Assembly (NCBI GenBank): GCA_013288745.1
Contig: JABDBG010000003.1
Location: 1,207-65,206 of the forward strand
Reading direction: 5' to 3'
DNA from: Bacteroidota bacterium
GTDB taxonomy: Bacteria > Bacteroidota > Bacteroidia > Chitinophagales > Chitinophagaceae
Length of the DNA stretch: 64,000 bases
Shown piece by piece: positions 39,514-49,221 of the stretch. Position numbers and translations under genes: made by a program. Each line of letters starts with the position of its first letter. Positions within the stretch are counted from its first letter, which is position 1. The notes under the pieces are model-generated. The model made no database searches, was not told the DNA's origin, and saw only the letters and a list, made by a program, of their open reading frames with translations.

Positions 39514-40629
39514 TTAATATTTGATCAGTCGATTATATAGTGCTTCGTATTTTGGGACTATATTTTCTATATCGAATTTTTTAGCCTGGGCTAAAGCATT
39601 GGCTTTAAATTTGGCCTCATCTTTAAAAATAGTCAGTGCATTTTTACACATATCTTCTATATCCCCTACATTACTCATAAAGCCTGAATAACCATTGATA
39701 TTTATTTCAGGCAAACCACCTGCGTTGGTAGATATTACAGGCACTTCTGCAGCCATAGCTTCCAATGCGGCCAATCCAAAGCTTTCGTATTCACTCGGTA
39801 ATATAAACAGATCTGCTATGGGCAATATATCTTCCATCTGCTCCTGCTTACCTAAAAATTTAATACTTTCTACCGCAACACAATCCCTGCAAATAGATTC
39901 TGCATAAGGCCTTTCCGGTCCATCACCCAACAACAATAATCTTGATGGGACTTTTTCATTGATCAATAAAAAAGTATTGATCACGTCGTCTACCCTTTTT
40001 ACTTTTCTGAAGTTGGAGGCATGCACAATTATTTTTTCGCCTTTGGGAGCGATCAGTTTTTTAAAGGCGTCTACGGGCCTTTTGTTGAATCTTTTTACAT
40101 CCACAAAATTATGGATCACTTCTATATCCTTTTCGATCACGAAATTTTTGTAGGTCTCGTCTTTTAAATTTTGAGATACAGCCGTTAGAATATCACTCTC
40201 ATTCATAGAAAATGTAACAACAGGACTATAAGTTTTATCTCGTCCAACTAAAGTGATGTCTGTGCCATGCAAGGTTGTAATAACAGGAATATACCTGCCT
40301 TGCTTCGCCAATATCTGTTTGGCCATATATGCCGCAGATGCATGAGGAATAGCATAATGCACATGTAACAATTGGATGTTATGATTTATCACAACATCTA
40401 CCATTGCACTTGCTAAGGCTGTTTCGTATGGAGGAAAATCAAATAGCGGATATTCGGGCACCCTAACTTCATGATAAAATATATTGGCATGAAACCCGCC
40501 TAACCTTACCGGTTGCTGATATGTGATGAAGTGAATATTATGGCCCTTATCTGCCAATGCTTTCCCTAATTCTGTTGCCAGCACACCACTACCACCAAAA
40601 GTAGGATAACACACAATGGCTATATTCAT
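39514..40629 (-). CDS. bshA: N-acetyl-alpha-D-glucosaminyl L-malate synthase (bacillithiol biosynthesis)
   Basis: CYPTFGGSGVLATELG, HVHYAIPHA, TTLHGTDIT, SNFRKVKR, ESFGLAALEAM. Confidence 0.93.
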   Translation of the reverse strand: MNIAIVCYPTFGGSGVLATELGKALADKGHNIHFITYQQPVRLGGFHANIFYHEVRVPEYPLFDFPPYETALASAMVDVVINHNIQLLHVHYAIPHASAAYMAKQILAKQGRYIPVITTLHGTDITLVGRDKTYSPVVTFSMNESDILTAVSQNLKDETYKNFVIEKDIEVIHNFVDVKRFNKRPVDAFKKLIAPKGEKIIVHASNFRKVKRVDDVINTFLLINEKVPSRLLLLGDGPERPYAESICRDCVAVESIKFLGKQEQMEDILPIADLFILPSEYESFGLAALEAMAAEVPVISTNAGGLPEININGYSGFMSNVGDIEDMCKNALTIFKDEAKFKANALAQAKKFDIENIVPKYEALYNRLIKY

Positions 40630-40744
40630 ATGATTCGTTAAGAGTTAAATTGATGAATTTCGATGCAATTTACCTATTTCTTTTTTGATTTCAGAATACC
40701 AAACTGTTAATATAAAAATGGTAAGTTTGTAAAAACAACCACCC

Positions 40745-41122
40745 ATGCGCAAGACCGGATCCATTATACTTTTGATCGTACTATTTTTAGCCGTTGGATT
40801 TTTATACTATAGATATTATTTTGTTTTTGGCGAAGGGGTTAAATCCGGACAATTGAACTACCTCGTTAAAAAAGGTTATGTATTTAAAACATATGAAGGG
40901 AAATTAATACAACAAGGGTTTCGCTCCCAATCTCTTGGGTCGGTTGAATCATATACATTCGAATTTTCTGTTGTTGATCCTGCGGTAGCAGAAAAATTAA
41001 TGGAAAACAGCGGAAAGGAATTTGACCTGCACTATAAAGAATATGTGGGCACTTTACCATGGCGAGGTGTTACACCGTTTATTGTAGACAGCATTGTATC
41101 TATGAAAGATGCAAAAGACTGA
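40745..41122 (+). CDS. Conserved Bacteroidota membrane-anchored hypothetical protein
   Basis: N-terminal TM; EGVKSG...KKGYVFKTYEG; LHYKE...WRG. Confidence 0.8.
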   Translation: MRKTGSIILLIVLFLAVGFLYYRYYFVFGEGVKSGQLNYLVKKGYVFKTYEGKLIQQGFRSQSLGSVESYTFEFSVVDPAVAEKLMENSGKEFDLHYKEYVGTLPWRGVTPFIVDSIVSMKDAKD

Positions 41123-41132
41123 TAAATACCTT

Positions 41133-41831
41133 TTAAACTGCTAACAATAAAAATATGACCGGCTTTTTATGAAAGTTGGTTTTTTCTTTTTTCCAATCTG
41201 CCACGGTTTTTGTTTTTATGTATTCTGTTGGAGATGTTAACTCTGCAGCGATACAGATCTTTGTAGTTGGCTTGCAGGTTTTCAACAACACTTCTATCAT
41301 TTGATTATTACGATAAGGTGTTTCAATAAAGATTTGTGTACAATTTTTCTTTTGAGATTCTGTTTCTAATTCTTTGATTGTTTTTGAACGTTCGGCATTA
41401 TCAATAGGCAAATAGCCTACAAATTGAAATTGCTGGCCATTCATTCCACTGGCCATCAGGGCTAATAATATTGAACTCGGCCCAACCAATGGCTTTACAG
41501 TAGCATCCATTTGCTGGGCTACATCGATTAATATTTGTCCGGGATCTGCAACACCGGGACAACCAGCTTCGCTGATGATCGCTATATTTTTGCCTTCTGT
41601 TATTCTTTGTCTGAAAATATTTTTTTGCTCTTCTTCTGCTTTGTGAATGGTATGCCATTCATAATCATCGATTACCATGTCTTTATAAATACTTTTAAAA
41701 AAACGCCTGGCAGTCCTTTCGTTCTCGGCAAAAATTACGTGGCAATCTTTTATCGCATCAATGATGTATAAAGGTATCGTCTGCGCAGCTGCTTCATCCA
41801 AAACACAGGGAACTAAATAAACAATACTCAT
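41133..41831 (-). CDS. Tetrapyrrole-methylase/RsmI-like SAM methyltransferase
   Basis: ENERTARRF, SEAGCPGVADPG, GPSSILLALMASG, FIETPYRN. Confidence 0.88.
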   Translation of the reverse strand: MSIVYLVPCVLDEAAAQTIPLYIIDAIKDCHVIFAENERTARRFFKSIYKDMVIDDYEWHTIHKAEEEQKNIFRQRITEGKNIAIISEAGCPGVADPGQILIDVAQQMDATVKPLVGPSSILLALMASGMNGQQFQFVGYLPIDNAERSKTIKELETESQKKNCTQIFIETPYRNNQMIEVLLKTCKPTTKICIAAELTSPTEYIKTKTVADWKKEKTNFHKKPVIFLLLAV

Positions 41832-41840
41832 ATAAATTAT

Positions 41841-42617
41841 TTACAAAGGTGTTCTGATAAAATTTCCTTTTTTATCATGCAGACTTAATGTTGATGCTAC
41901 TACTGCATAACTTGGCGCCAATATCCAACCTACTACTAAAAAAAGATGCATCATATAAAAAACAATTCCATTGCCAATTGCCAATCCCTGGTGCCTTGTA
42001 ATAAAAGCATAACTTCTTGACGGAGACATTTTTCTTCTTTCACAACTATAATCAAGCATAGAAAAACCAAGATAATAACACTCTACAAAAAAAGCCAGCA
42101 CAACAGTTGCCAAACCTATTATAGGAATGAATGATAATATTAAAATACTTAAAGAATAAACAGTTTGCCAGGCCATGTTGCGAAAGGCAATACTAATACC
42201 GCGCCATACATCTTTACAGAACTGTTTAAAATTAAAAGGATATTCCTTGCCTTCAATGATCGCTTCCGTTTTGGCATTTAAATAAACAAATACCGGCGAC
42301 CCAACAATGAGAAACAAATATTTAAAAAAAGAAAAATAAAAAAAGAAGAGGATCAATTGTACTCCTACCCTGACTATTACGAATATTAATCCCCACAAAC
42401 TTTCTTTGTGATCCATTAACCAGGGTCCAATACCTGTTTCAGTTAAACCATATTCAATAACACCCTTTGAAGTGATCCAGAAAAAATGGAGACTGGCATA
42501 AAATAAGAGCGCGTATAAAATACCAGGGATAACGATCCATTTCCACAACCTATTCTCTGCAATGAATTGGTGTGCTTTTACATAAGCGCGTATAGCAATA
42601 ATTATCTCTTTCAGCAT
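41841..42617 (-). CDS. EI24/CysZ-family membrane protein
   Basis: TM pattern; LIVGSPVF.YL..KTE, GFSMLDYSCERR. Confidence 0.8.
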   Translation of the reverse strand: MLKEIIIAIRAYVKAHQFIAENRLWKWIVIPGILYALLFYASLHFFWITSKGVIEYGLTETGIGPWLMDHKESLWGLIFVIVRVGVQLILFFFYFSFFKYLFLIVGSPVFVYLNAKTEAIIEGKEYPFNFKQFCKDVWRGISIAFRNMAWQTVYSLSILILSFIPIIGLATVVLAFFVECYYLGFSMLDYSCERRKMSPSRSYAFITRHQGLAIGNGIVFYMMHLFLVVGWILAPSYAVVASTLSLHDKKGNFIRTPL

Positions 42618-42665
42618 ATCGTTTTACCGTAACTTTTAATACATTACAGCTAAAATACAAATAAG

Positions 42666-43274
42666 TTGAGCAAGTTAACCATTGATTTTTATAACAGAAA
42701 AGATGTACTGCAAATTGCACGGGAATTGTTGGGAAAAATTGTGGTCACTAAATTTGATGGCGTACTAACAAGCGCCCGCATCGTTGAAACAGAAGCTTAT
42801 ATCGCACTAACTGACCGGGCATCGCATACATTTGGCGGCAAGCGTACAGCACGCAATGAACATATGTATGGAGCCGCAGGAACATCGTACGTATATATTT
42901 GTTATGGTATGCACCATTTATTCAATGTTGTTACCAACGAAAAAGAAACCCCGGATGCAGTTTTAATAAGAGCAGTGGAACCTGTTAAAGGGATCGACAC
43001 AATGTTAGATAGAAGCGGCAAATTAAAATTAGACAACACGCTTTCTAAAGGACCCGGCAACGCTGCCAAAGTTTTAGGCATAAATAAACAGCATTCAGGA
43101 TTGAATTTATTGGGCAATAAAATATTTATTGAAGATGATGGTTTTGTAGTGGATGCAAAACAAATAGGTGTTAGCAGGCGTATCGGTGTTGAAGGTGCTG
43201 GCAGTGCTGCTTTATTACCTTATCGTTTTTATATCAGGGGGAATAAATATGTAAGCGGTAGTCCGAATAAATAA
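42666..43274 (+). CDS. mpg: DNA-3-methyladenine glycosylase (MPG/AAG family)
   Basis: RIVETEAY, YVYICYGMH, AVLIRAVEP, GPG, RIG. Confidence 0.92.
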   Translation: MSKLTIDFYNRKDVLQIARELLGKIVVTKFDGVLTSARIVETEAYIALTDRASHTFGGKRTARNEHMYGAAGTSYVYICYGMHHLFNVVTNEKETPDAVLIRAVEPVKGIDTMLDRSGKLKLDNTLSKGPGNAAKVLGINKQHSGLNLLGNKIFIEDDGFVVDAKQIGVSRRIGVEGAGSAALLPYRFYIRGNKYVSGSPNK

Positions 43275-43601
43275 CTATTTAAATTTCCCAACCAGTTTAT
43301 AAGAATCGTCTACGAATTGCAATAATAGTTTTTTAGATAAATTCCCATCCACAATGATCGTGTTCCAATGTTTTTTATTCATGTGGTAACCCGGCAGAAC
43401 ATTTTCAGGATATTCTTCTCGTAATTCAACGGCATGATCCGGGTCGCATTTTACATTGAATTGTAATGGCGAAGATTCCAGTGATACCAATAAAAATATT
43501 TTATTCTTTACTTTAAACACCAGTGTTTCTTCGCCAAAAGGAAATCCTTCTGTTACCAACGATTTTTGTAAAACATAGTCGCGTAATACTTCGACATTCA
43601 T
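43275..43601 (-). CDS. MmcQ/YjbR-family DNA-binding protein
   Basis: FPFGEETLVFKV, KCDP, PGYHMNKKHWNT. Confidence 0.92.
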   Translation of the reverse strand: MNVEVLRDYVLQKSLVTEGFPFGEETLVFKVKNKIFLLVSLESSPLQFNVKCDPDHAVELREEYPENVLPGYHMNKKHWNTIIVDGNLSKKLLLQFVDDSYKLVGKFK

Positions 43602-43606
43602 AATTC

Positions 43607-44218
43607 TTATATTTTATGAACTTCAATATTTTGTAATTCTTTTAATTGATACAGCGTTTCTGTGAGCCTGTTTTTTGGAATACCTGTTTTGATAACGCAA
43701 AACAATTGCATTTCCTGGCTGATAACAGTACAGCTGTATTGTTTCAATACCATCATTATCTCATTCATTCTTGTATAATCGAATTGAATGCTATATTTAA
43801 CTTCTACCTGCTTTTGAATAATTGGTGTAACCTGTAATGCCAGCGCTGTAACTGTTTTATATGAATTGATCAATCCCGGAACGCCTAATAGAGCGCCACC
43901 AAAATAACGCACAACGATCACTGTCACATTGGTTACTTCTTTACTGTCTAATTGCCCGAGAATTGGCTTGCCCGCAGAACCTGAAGGTTCGCCATCATCA
44001 TTCACACGAAAAGTGTTTCCATCGGTGCCTATACGATAAGCAAAACAATGATGCTCAGCTTTTGGATGTTCTTTTTTTAATTGCTGTAAATATTTTTTAA
44101 AATCGTCAACCGATTCTATAGGATAGGCATAAGCAATAAATTTGCTGCCGCGATCTTTGTACTCTGCTGTACCTGGTTTATCTATCGTTAAGTAAAAATC
44201 TTTCTCTGCCATGATCAT
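43607..44218 (-). CDS. YigZ/IMPACT-family protein
   Basis: SKFIA, HHCFAYR, DDGEPSGSAG, VRYFGG. Confidence 0.92.
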   Translation of the reverse strand: MIMAEKDFYLTIDKPGTAEYKDRGSKFIAYAYPIESVDDFKKYLQQLKKEHPKAEHHCFAYRIGTDGNTFRVNDDGEPSGSAGKPILGQLDSKEVTNVTVIVVRYFGGALLGVPGLINSYKTVTALALQVTPIIQKQVEVKYSIQFDYTRMNEIMMVLKQYSCTVISQEMQLFCVIKTGIPKNRLTETLYQLKELQNIEVHKI

Positions 44219-45270
44219 TTCGACATTTTACTTTTTGGATTGATATAATATTTAATAGTATCGTTTTGTATTTTTTCTTCGAAAGATAACTGTTCACCTT
44301 TTAGATCCGGCGCATTGATGCCATTATCAATTTCCAATTTCGAATTAGTGATCACTCTTGCTTCATCCCATAAATTATTATCTATAAAGCTCTGCAATGT
44401 TTTTGCGCCGCCTTCTATTATTACACTTTGAATTTTTGATTCATACAAGGCTTTTAATATTTGCGGAACAATATTATCGCTGTTTAATTTACAGAAAGTA
44501 ATATTTTCATTTTGTTCCTGTTTGATCTCATTAAATACAATCGTTTTTGCTTCCTGATCAAATACAACTAATGAGGGAGGAAGTTTTAGATCCATATCGA
44601 TTACTAATCGTACCGGATTATTTCCGGGCCAAAGTCTAGTTGTTAAAGAAGGATTATCATGCAAAGCAGTATTTGTTCCAATCAAGATTGCAGCTTCTTC
44701 ACTTCTCCATCTGTGCGACAGCCTGTTCGTTTCTTCATTACTGATCAGTACCCTTGAATGATCGGCATTCGCTATTTTATGATTGTTACTCTGCGCCCAT
44801 TTCAAAATAATATAAGGGCGTTGCTGTTCATGAAAAGTAAAAAAGCGTTTGTTTAATTCCAGGCATTCTTTTTCTAATATGCCGACCGTTACGTTCACTC
44901 CTGCAGCTTTTAAGTTTTCTATGCCTTTGCCGGCAACTTCTTCGTAATTATCCCTGCAGCCTACTATTACCTTTGGTATTTTTTTTACGATGATCAACTC
45001 TGAGCAGGGAGGTGTTTTGCCATAATGAGCACAGGGCTCTAATGACACGTATAAAGTACTTTTTTCTATTAAATGGATATCGGCCTGGTTTACATTATTG
45101 ATGCAATTGACTTCTGCATGCGCTTCCCCGTATTTTTTATGATAGCCTTCCCCGATGATACGTTCTTCGTACACCAGCACCGCTCCAACCATTGGGTTAG
45201 GCGCCACATTCCCTGCTCCTAATTTGGCCAGTTCAAGGCAGCGTTGCATGTATGTTTGGTCTGTTATCAT
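44215..45270 (-). CDS. ribD: Riboflavin biosynthesis deaminase/reductase
   Basis: PNPMVG, HAE, LEPCAHYGKTPPC, IEGG. Confidence 0.96.
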   Translation of the reverse strand: MITDQTYMQRCLELAKLGAGNVAPNPMVGAVLVYEERIIGEGYHKKYGEAHAEVNCINNVNQADIHLIEKSTLYVSLEPCAHYGKTPPCSELIIVKKIPKVIVGCRDNYEEVAGKGIENLKAAGVNVTVGILEKECLELNKRFFTFHEQQRPYIILKWAQSNNHKIANADHSRVLISNEETNRLSHRWRSEEAAILIGTNTALHDNPSLTTRLWPGNNPVRLVIDMDLKLPPSLVVFDQEAKTIVFNEIKQEQNENITFCKLNSDNIVPQILKALYESKIQSVIIEGGAKTLQSFIDNNLWDEARVITNSKLEIDNGINAPDLKGEQLSFEEKIQNDTIKYYINPKSKMSK

Positions 45271-45278
45271 TTTATTTT

Positions 45279-45360
45279 AACCACTGAGACACTGAGGTCA
45301 CTAAGTTTCACTGAGTTAAAACCTCAGTGTATCTGCTGTGTTCTCAGTGCCTCAATGGTT
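45279..45360. repeat. Intergenic hairpin built of CACTGAG units (8-10 bp period)
   Basis: AACCACTGAGACACTGAG (45279-45296) is an inverted repeat of CTCAGTGCCTCAATGGTT (45343-45360), 16/18 matches. Confidence 0.8.
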
Positions 45361-45411
45361 CATTCGCTCAAAAATAAACCCTAAAAAGTAAAAAACAGTA
45401 AGTTTGTATAA

Positions 45412-46260
45412 ATGACGCTAAAAGAAGTTTACAGGAAAATATTGGAACAGGCACAAAGCATCTACTCGTTAAGCGAGGCTACGACCATGACGGATTGGAT
45501 ATTTGAAAATGTTGCAGATATCCAAAAAGCTGATGTAATTAAAACACCTGACCTTGAATTATCCCAATTCATATTGGAAGAGTTGGATAACCGCCTTCAC
45601 CAATTATTACTGCATAAACCTATTCAATACATTTTGGGTGAAGCCTGGTTCTATGATATGAAATTGAAAGTGGATGAAAATGTATTGATCCCAAGGCCCG
45701 AAACGGAAGAATTAGTTAGCATGATCATCACCAATCATGAAGAAAGTATTCACCTGAAAATATTAGATATCGGCACCGGAAGTGGTTGTATACCAATCGC
45801 GATAAAAAAACATTTACCTGCGGCCATTATTACTTCGATCGATATGAGCGAAGGTGCGATATTAGTTGCCAAAGAAAATGCTGCCATACAGGAAACACCT
45901 ATCGAATTTATTCATTCCGATTTTTTAGATGAAAATAGCTGGCACAATTTCCCAACATTTGATGTGATCGTTAGCAACCCTCCTTATATTCCTTTGCACG
46001 AAAAAGAAAAGATGGATACAAATGTTACTGCTTTTGAACCGCACCTTGCTTTATTTGTACCCGATAATGATCCATTATTATTTTATAGAAAGATAGCACT
46101 GTTCGGGAAAACACATTTGAATATCGAAGGAAAGATCTATTTGGAAACACATGAAGCCCATGCAAAAGAAACAGCGGCTCTTTTTACTGCATTAGATTAT
46201 GAGCATGTAATTATTAAAGAAGATATGTTTGGAAAAGAAAGAATGGTGATCGCTTATTAA
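45412..46260 (+). CDS. prmC: Release factor glutamine methyltransferase
   Basis: PIQYILG, LIPRPETEEL, DIGTGSGCI, SNPPY. Confidence 0.95.
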   Translation: MTLKEVYRKILEQAQSIYSLSEATTMTDWIFENVADIQKADVIKTPDLELSQFILEELDNRLHQLLLHKPIQYILGEAWFYDMKLKVDENVLIPRPETEELVSMIITNHEESIHLKILDIGTGSGCIPIAIKKHLPAAIITSIDMSEGAILVAKENAAIQETPIEFIHSDFLDENSWHNFPTFDVIVSNPPYIPLHEKEKMDTNVTAFEPHLALFVPDNDPLLFYRKIALFGKTHLNIEGKIYLETHEAHAKETAALFTALDYEHVIIKEDMFGKERMVIAY

Positions 46261-46670
46261 TTATCACTACCACTAACCGTAGCAGAAGTTGTAGCACCTA
46301 ACTTCCTGGCAACTTTCATCACCTGTACTACTTCGCCCCATTGTGTTGCCGAATCTGCGTTAATTACCACGGCCGGTTTTACACTATCACCCTGGTTGAT
46401 ATATTTTCTTAAGGCTGATTCTAAGGAATCCATTTGAACTTTAGTGGCACCTACGTACACATTTTTATTTTTATCTACACTTACTACAACACTTTGTTTT
46501 GTTTTTGTATCGCTCTTTGAACGCGGCACACTCATCTTGATCACATTAGGATTAGCTAATGTTGAGATCATTAAAAAGAACATTAAAAGGATGAACAATA
46601 TATCATTCAGCGGACCAGCGTCTACTTCCGAATGATTTGTATCTCTTAAAGGATTTTTTCTTAGTCCCAT
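46257..46670 (-). CDS. exbD: ExbD/TolR biopolymer transporter
   Basis: LNDILFILLMFFLM TM segment with Asp; VINAD...VVQVM. Confidence 0.88.
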   Translation of the reverse strand: MGLRKNPLRDTNHSEVDAGPLNDILFILLMFFLMISTLANPNVIKMSVPRSKSDTKTKQSVVVSVDKNKNVYVGATKVQMDSLESALRKYINQGDSVKPAVVINADSATQWGEVVQVMKVARKLGATTSATVSGSDN

Positions 46671-46693
46671 GTTGCTGCAAAAGTTGAAGTGAA

Positions 46694-46710
46694 CCCCGAA
46701 ACTTTCGGGG
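46694..46710. repeat. REP-like palindrome
   Basis: CCCCGAAA-C-TTTCGGGG between exbB and exbD; similar to the palindromes at 51775 and 62951. Confidence 0.55.
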
Positions 46711-46750
46711 ACGATGTTTAATTGAAAAACAACTGCCGGTTACAAAAAAA

Positions 46751-47419
46751 TTATTTTGTTGGTTCCTGTAAAATATCAATGAATTCTGCACTGGCAGCTT
46801 CCATTCTATTCGCCGTTTTATTTATTTGTGTATCCAGGTAACTATATCCTAAATAAGCCAGCATACCAATGATTAATCCACTTGCAGATGTGATCAGTTT
46901 GATGTACATCGCATCTGCGATCTGACTTACAGATGGATTGCTGATGGTGGCAAATTCTTTTAATAATAATACCAACCCAACGATGGTTCCTACAAAACCA
47001 AATAATGGCGCAATGCGTGATATCACTGATAAGATAGAAAGATTTTTTTCCATTTTGTACATTTCTAATTTGCCTACATTGTCCATGCTTGCTTCAATAG
47101 TATCGATCGGCTTACCGATCCTCTGAATACCTTTTTCGATCATTCGTGCAACGGGGCTATCAGTGTTTTTTGCAAGACTTTTTGCTGAAGTTAAATTGCC
47201 GCTAACAATATTATCCCGGATCTGGTTCATAAAGCTATCCTCGATCTTGCTTGCTTTACGGATAGCCAGCAAACGCTCAATAAAAAAGAATACGGCTAAG
47301 GCAAACAAAATACCCAATGGTATCATTAACGGTCCGCCTTTAGCCAATAGTCCCCATAATGATTCGGTTGTTTTTGCTGCTGTTGCTGTAGAATCTATTT
47401 GTAATAAAGTAGTAAGCAT
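46751..47419 (-). CDS. exbB: MotA/TolQ/ExbB proton channel protein
   Basis: GGPLMIPL, IAPLFGFVGTIVG, KLITSASGL. Confidence 0.9.
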   Translation of the reverse strand: MLTTLLQIDSTATAAKTTESLWGLLAKGGPLMIPLGILFALAVFFFIERLLAIRKASKIEDSFMNQIRDNIVSGNLTSAKSLAKNTDSPVARMIEKGIQRIGKPIDTIEASMDNVGKLEMYKMEKNLSILSVISRIAPLFGFVGTIVGLVLLLKEFATISNPSVSQIADAMYIKLITSASGLIIGMLAYLGYSYLDTQINKTANRMEAASAEFIDILQEPTK

Positions 47420-47537
47420 ATCGATTGATTTAAGACAAATGTAATGGTTTAAAGATATAAGTTATAACATAAAATCTATATGCAAAATACATTTTATCCC
47501 TGCATAGAAAATGTTAATTATCGGTTCACAATTCGCC

Positions 47538-47571
47538 AATAAAAATGCCGCAATATTGCGGCATTTTTATT
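47538..47571. terminator. Perfectly palindromic terminator downstream of the SPFH gene, centred on CAATATTG
   Basis: AATAAAAATGCCG-CAATATTG-CGGCATTTTTATT, a 34-bp perfect palindrome. Confidence 0.85.
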
Positions 47572-47586
47572 ATAGTATATTATGTC

Positions 47587-48510
47587 CTAACGCTTTTCCA
47601 TTTGCTGCATAGCCATTATCTGGCGCATCGTTTTTTCCATTCCTTCGCTGCTGCCATCCAAAAATATAACATTGCCTTTCCCGTATTCAGCGAAGTTCTT
47701 TATTGCTTCTGTCCACATGCTGAATAAGATCACGTTCGTATCCAGGTTAGCTTGTTTCATTTGTTCAGCAGCCTGACTCATACCTTTCGCTACTTCTTCT
47801 CTGAATAGCGCAACACCTTGTCCGCGTAATTGTGCCGCTTGTCTTTCTGCTTCAGCAGCAATTTTTATGGAATTACCTTCTGCTTCGGCAGCTTTTGTTT
47901 TTGTAATTAATAAAGCTTGTCCTTCGTTTTCTGCAGCAGCTTTTAAATTATTAGAAGCAACAACTTTGCTCATGCTTTGGATAATAGCTTCATCAAAAGT
48001 AATATCATTGATCTGAAGATCCTGTAAATGATAGCCCCATCCTTCTAAAGTTAGATCAACCTGTTCTTTTACATTTTCAACAATATCCCTGCGCACATTT
48101 AAAACTTCTGCCTGTTTTTTTGTTGATACGAAAGCGCGGATACTCCCTTCTACCGTGCGTATCAGAGCCTGCATCAGATCTTTCTCACTAATGAATTTAA
48201 ACGCCACATTTTTTATCGTTTCCTCATCAATATTCAAAACTGAATACAATAACATCGATTTAAAATACACATTCGCCTGATCGATCGTTACTGCCTGAAA
48301 TTCCAATTCAACAGAGCGGTTTTGAATACTTACTCTTTTATATATCTGATCTAAAAAAGGAATTTTGAAGTTCAGTCCCGGCATTTTTATGCTGTGGTAT
48401 TTTCCCAATCTGGTGATCACCGCGATCGTTCCCTGGTTAACAGTAAATAATCCTAAAAGAATGACTACCAAAATTGGTATCACCCACCAAAATTTTATTA
48501 ACAGATCCAT
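47587..48510 (-). CDS. SPFH/band-7 domain protein
   Basis: N-terminal TM, PGLNFKIPF, AEAE-rich coiled coil. Confidence 0.92.
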   Translation of the reverse strand: MDLLIKFWWVIPILVVILLGLFTVNQGTIAVITRLGKYHSIKMPGLNFKIPFLDQIYKRVSIQNRSVELEFQAVTIDQANVYFKSMLLYSVLNIDEETIKNVAFKFISEKDLMQALIRTVEGSIRAFVSTKKQAEVLNVRRDIVENVKEQVDLTLEGWGYHLQDLQINDITFDEAIIQSMSKVVASNNLKAAAENEGQALLITKTKAAEAEGNSIKIAAEAERQAAQLRGQGVALFREEVAKGMSQAAEQMKQANLDTNVILFSMWTEAIKNFAEYGKGNVIFLDGSSEGMEKTMRQIMAMQQMEKR

Positions 48511-48556
48511 AGTTGTAAATTTTACGGAAGTTACTGATTTTTATAGCGTCGATCAT

Positions 48557-49135
48557 TTACAAATTATTAATTAATAATTTTTTCTCGTTTTTGCAATTAT
48601 TGCCACATTGCGCATTCAATGTATTGCCGCATTGCTTATTTAAACCCTTGGCTTCGTTTATAAGTGTAGTTAACATAAAACTCCACTGACGTTTTAACGG
48701 CAATAATTTTGTTTGGATATCATCCAGAAAAACATCGACCACAGCACTCAGGAGATTGCGATCTCCCTGTACTGTTGCATGACAATTGTTCAATCCTTGT
48801 AATTGATAAGAATATTTTTCGATCTTCTCTTCCTTGAAATTTGTTAGCTGTGCTACCTGGTTAAAATCAATTTTCACACTGGCAGAATCATCTTCATTAG
48901 TAAGCAATGATAATACCTGAGGAAAGATCATTCTTACTTCATAAGAACGTAAAGAGCATAACTCAGTTTTCAGATCAATAGTTAACTGGATCTTTTCCAA
49001 CTGAACGGGGGATTGATGTTCGGGCGCATCTTGAAATCCGATCAATATTTCATCCACTTTCTTAATTAAAGAAGGATAGATATTTGTTTCAAGATCGATC
49101 ATGATCCTTTTGTACTTGGCGATGGGTAAACACAT
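48557..49135 (-). CDS. Hypothetical protein, possibly a degenerate hemerythrin/Ric-like helical bundle with a Cys-rich tail
   Basis: LKTELCSLRSYEVRMIFP resembles EL..H..KEE.ILFP without the His; tail QCGN...QCGNNC. Confidence 0.6.
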   Translation of the reverse strand: MCLPIAKYKRIMIDLETNIYPSLIKKVDEILIGFQDAPEHQSPVQLEKIQLTIDLKTELCSLRSYEVRMIFPQVLSLLTNEDDSASVKIDFNQVAQLTNFKEEKIEKYSYQLQGLNNCHATVQGDRNLLSAVVDVFLDDIQTKLLPLKRQWSFMLTTLINEAKGLNKQCGNTLNAQCGNNCKNEKKLLINNL

Positions 49136-49154
49136 GTAGATAGCTTTTAGAATA

Positions 49155-49220
49155 CAAAGCTATCCGCAACAGGGAGGGCTAACTATGATGGACTGCAACT
49201 AAGAACATGACTTTTATCAT
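49155..49220 (-). promoter_or_regulatory. -7 element plus candidate Crp/Fnr-type binding site(s)
   Basis: TAGCTTTG (reverse complement of 49155-49162); ATGACTTTTATCAT (49207-49220, TGA-N6-TCA); weaker copy ATGATGGACTGCAA 22 bp away (49185-49198). Confidence 0.55.
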
Positions 49221-49221
49221 T

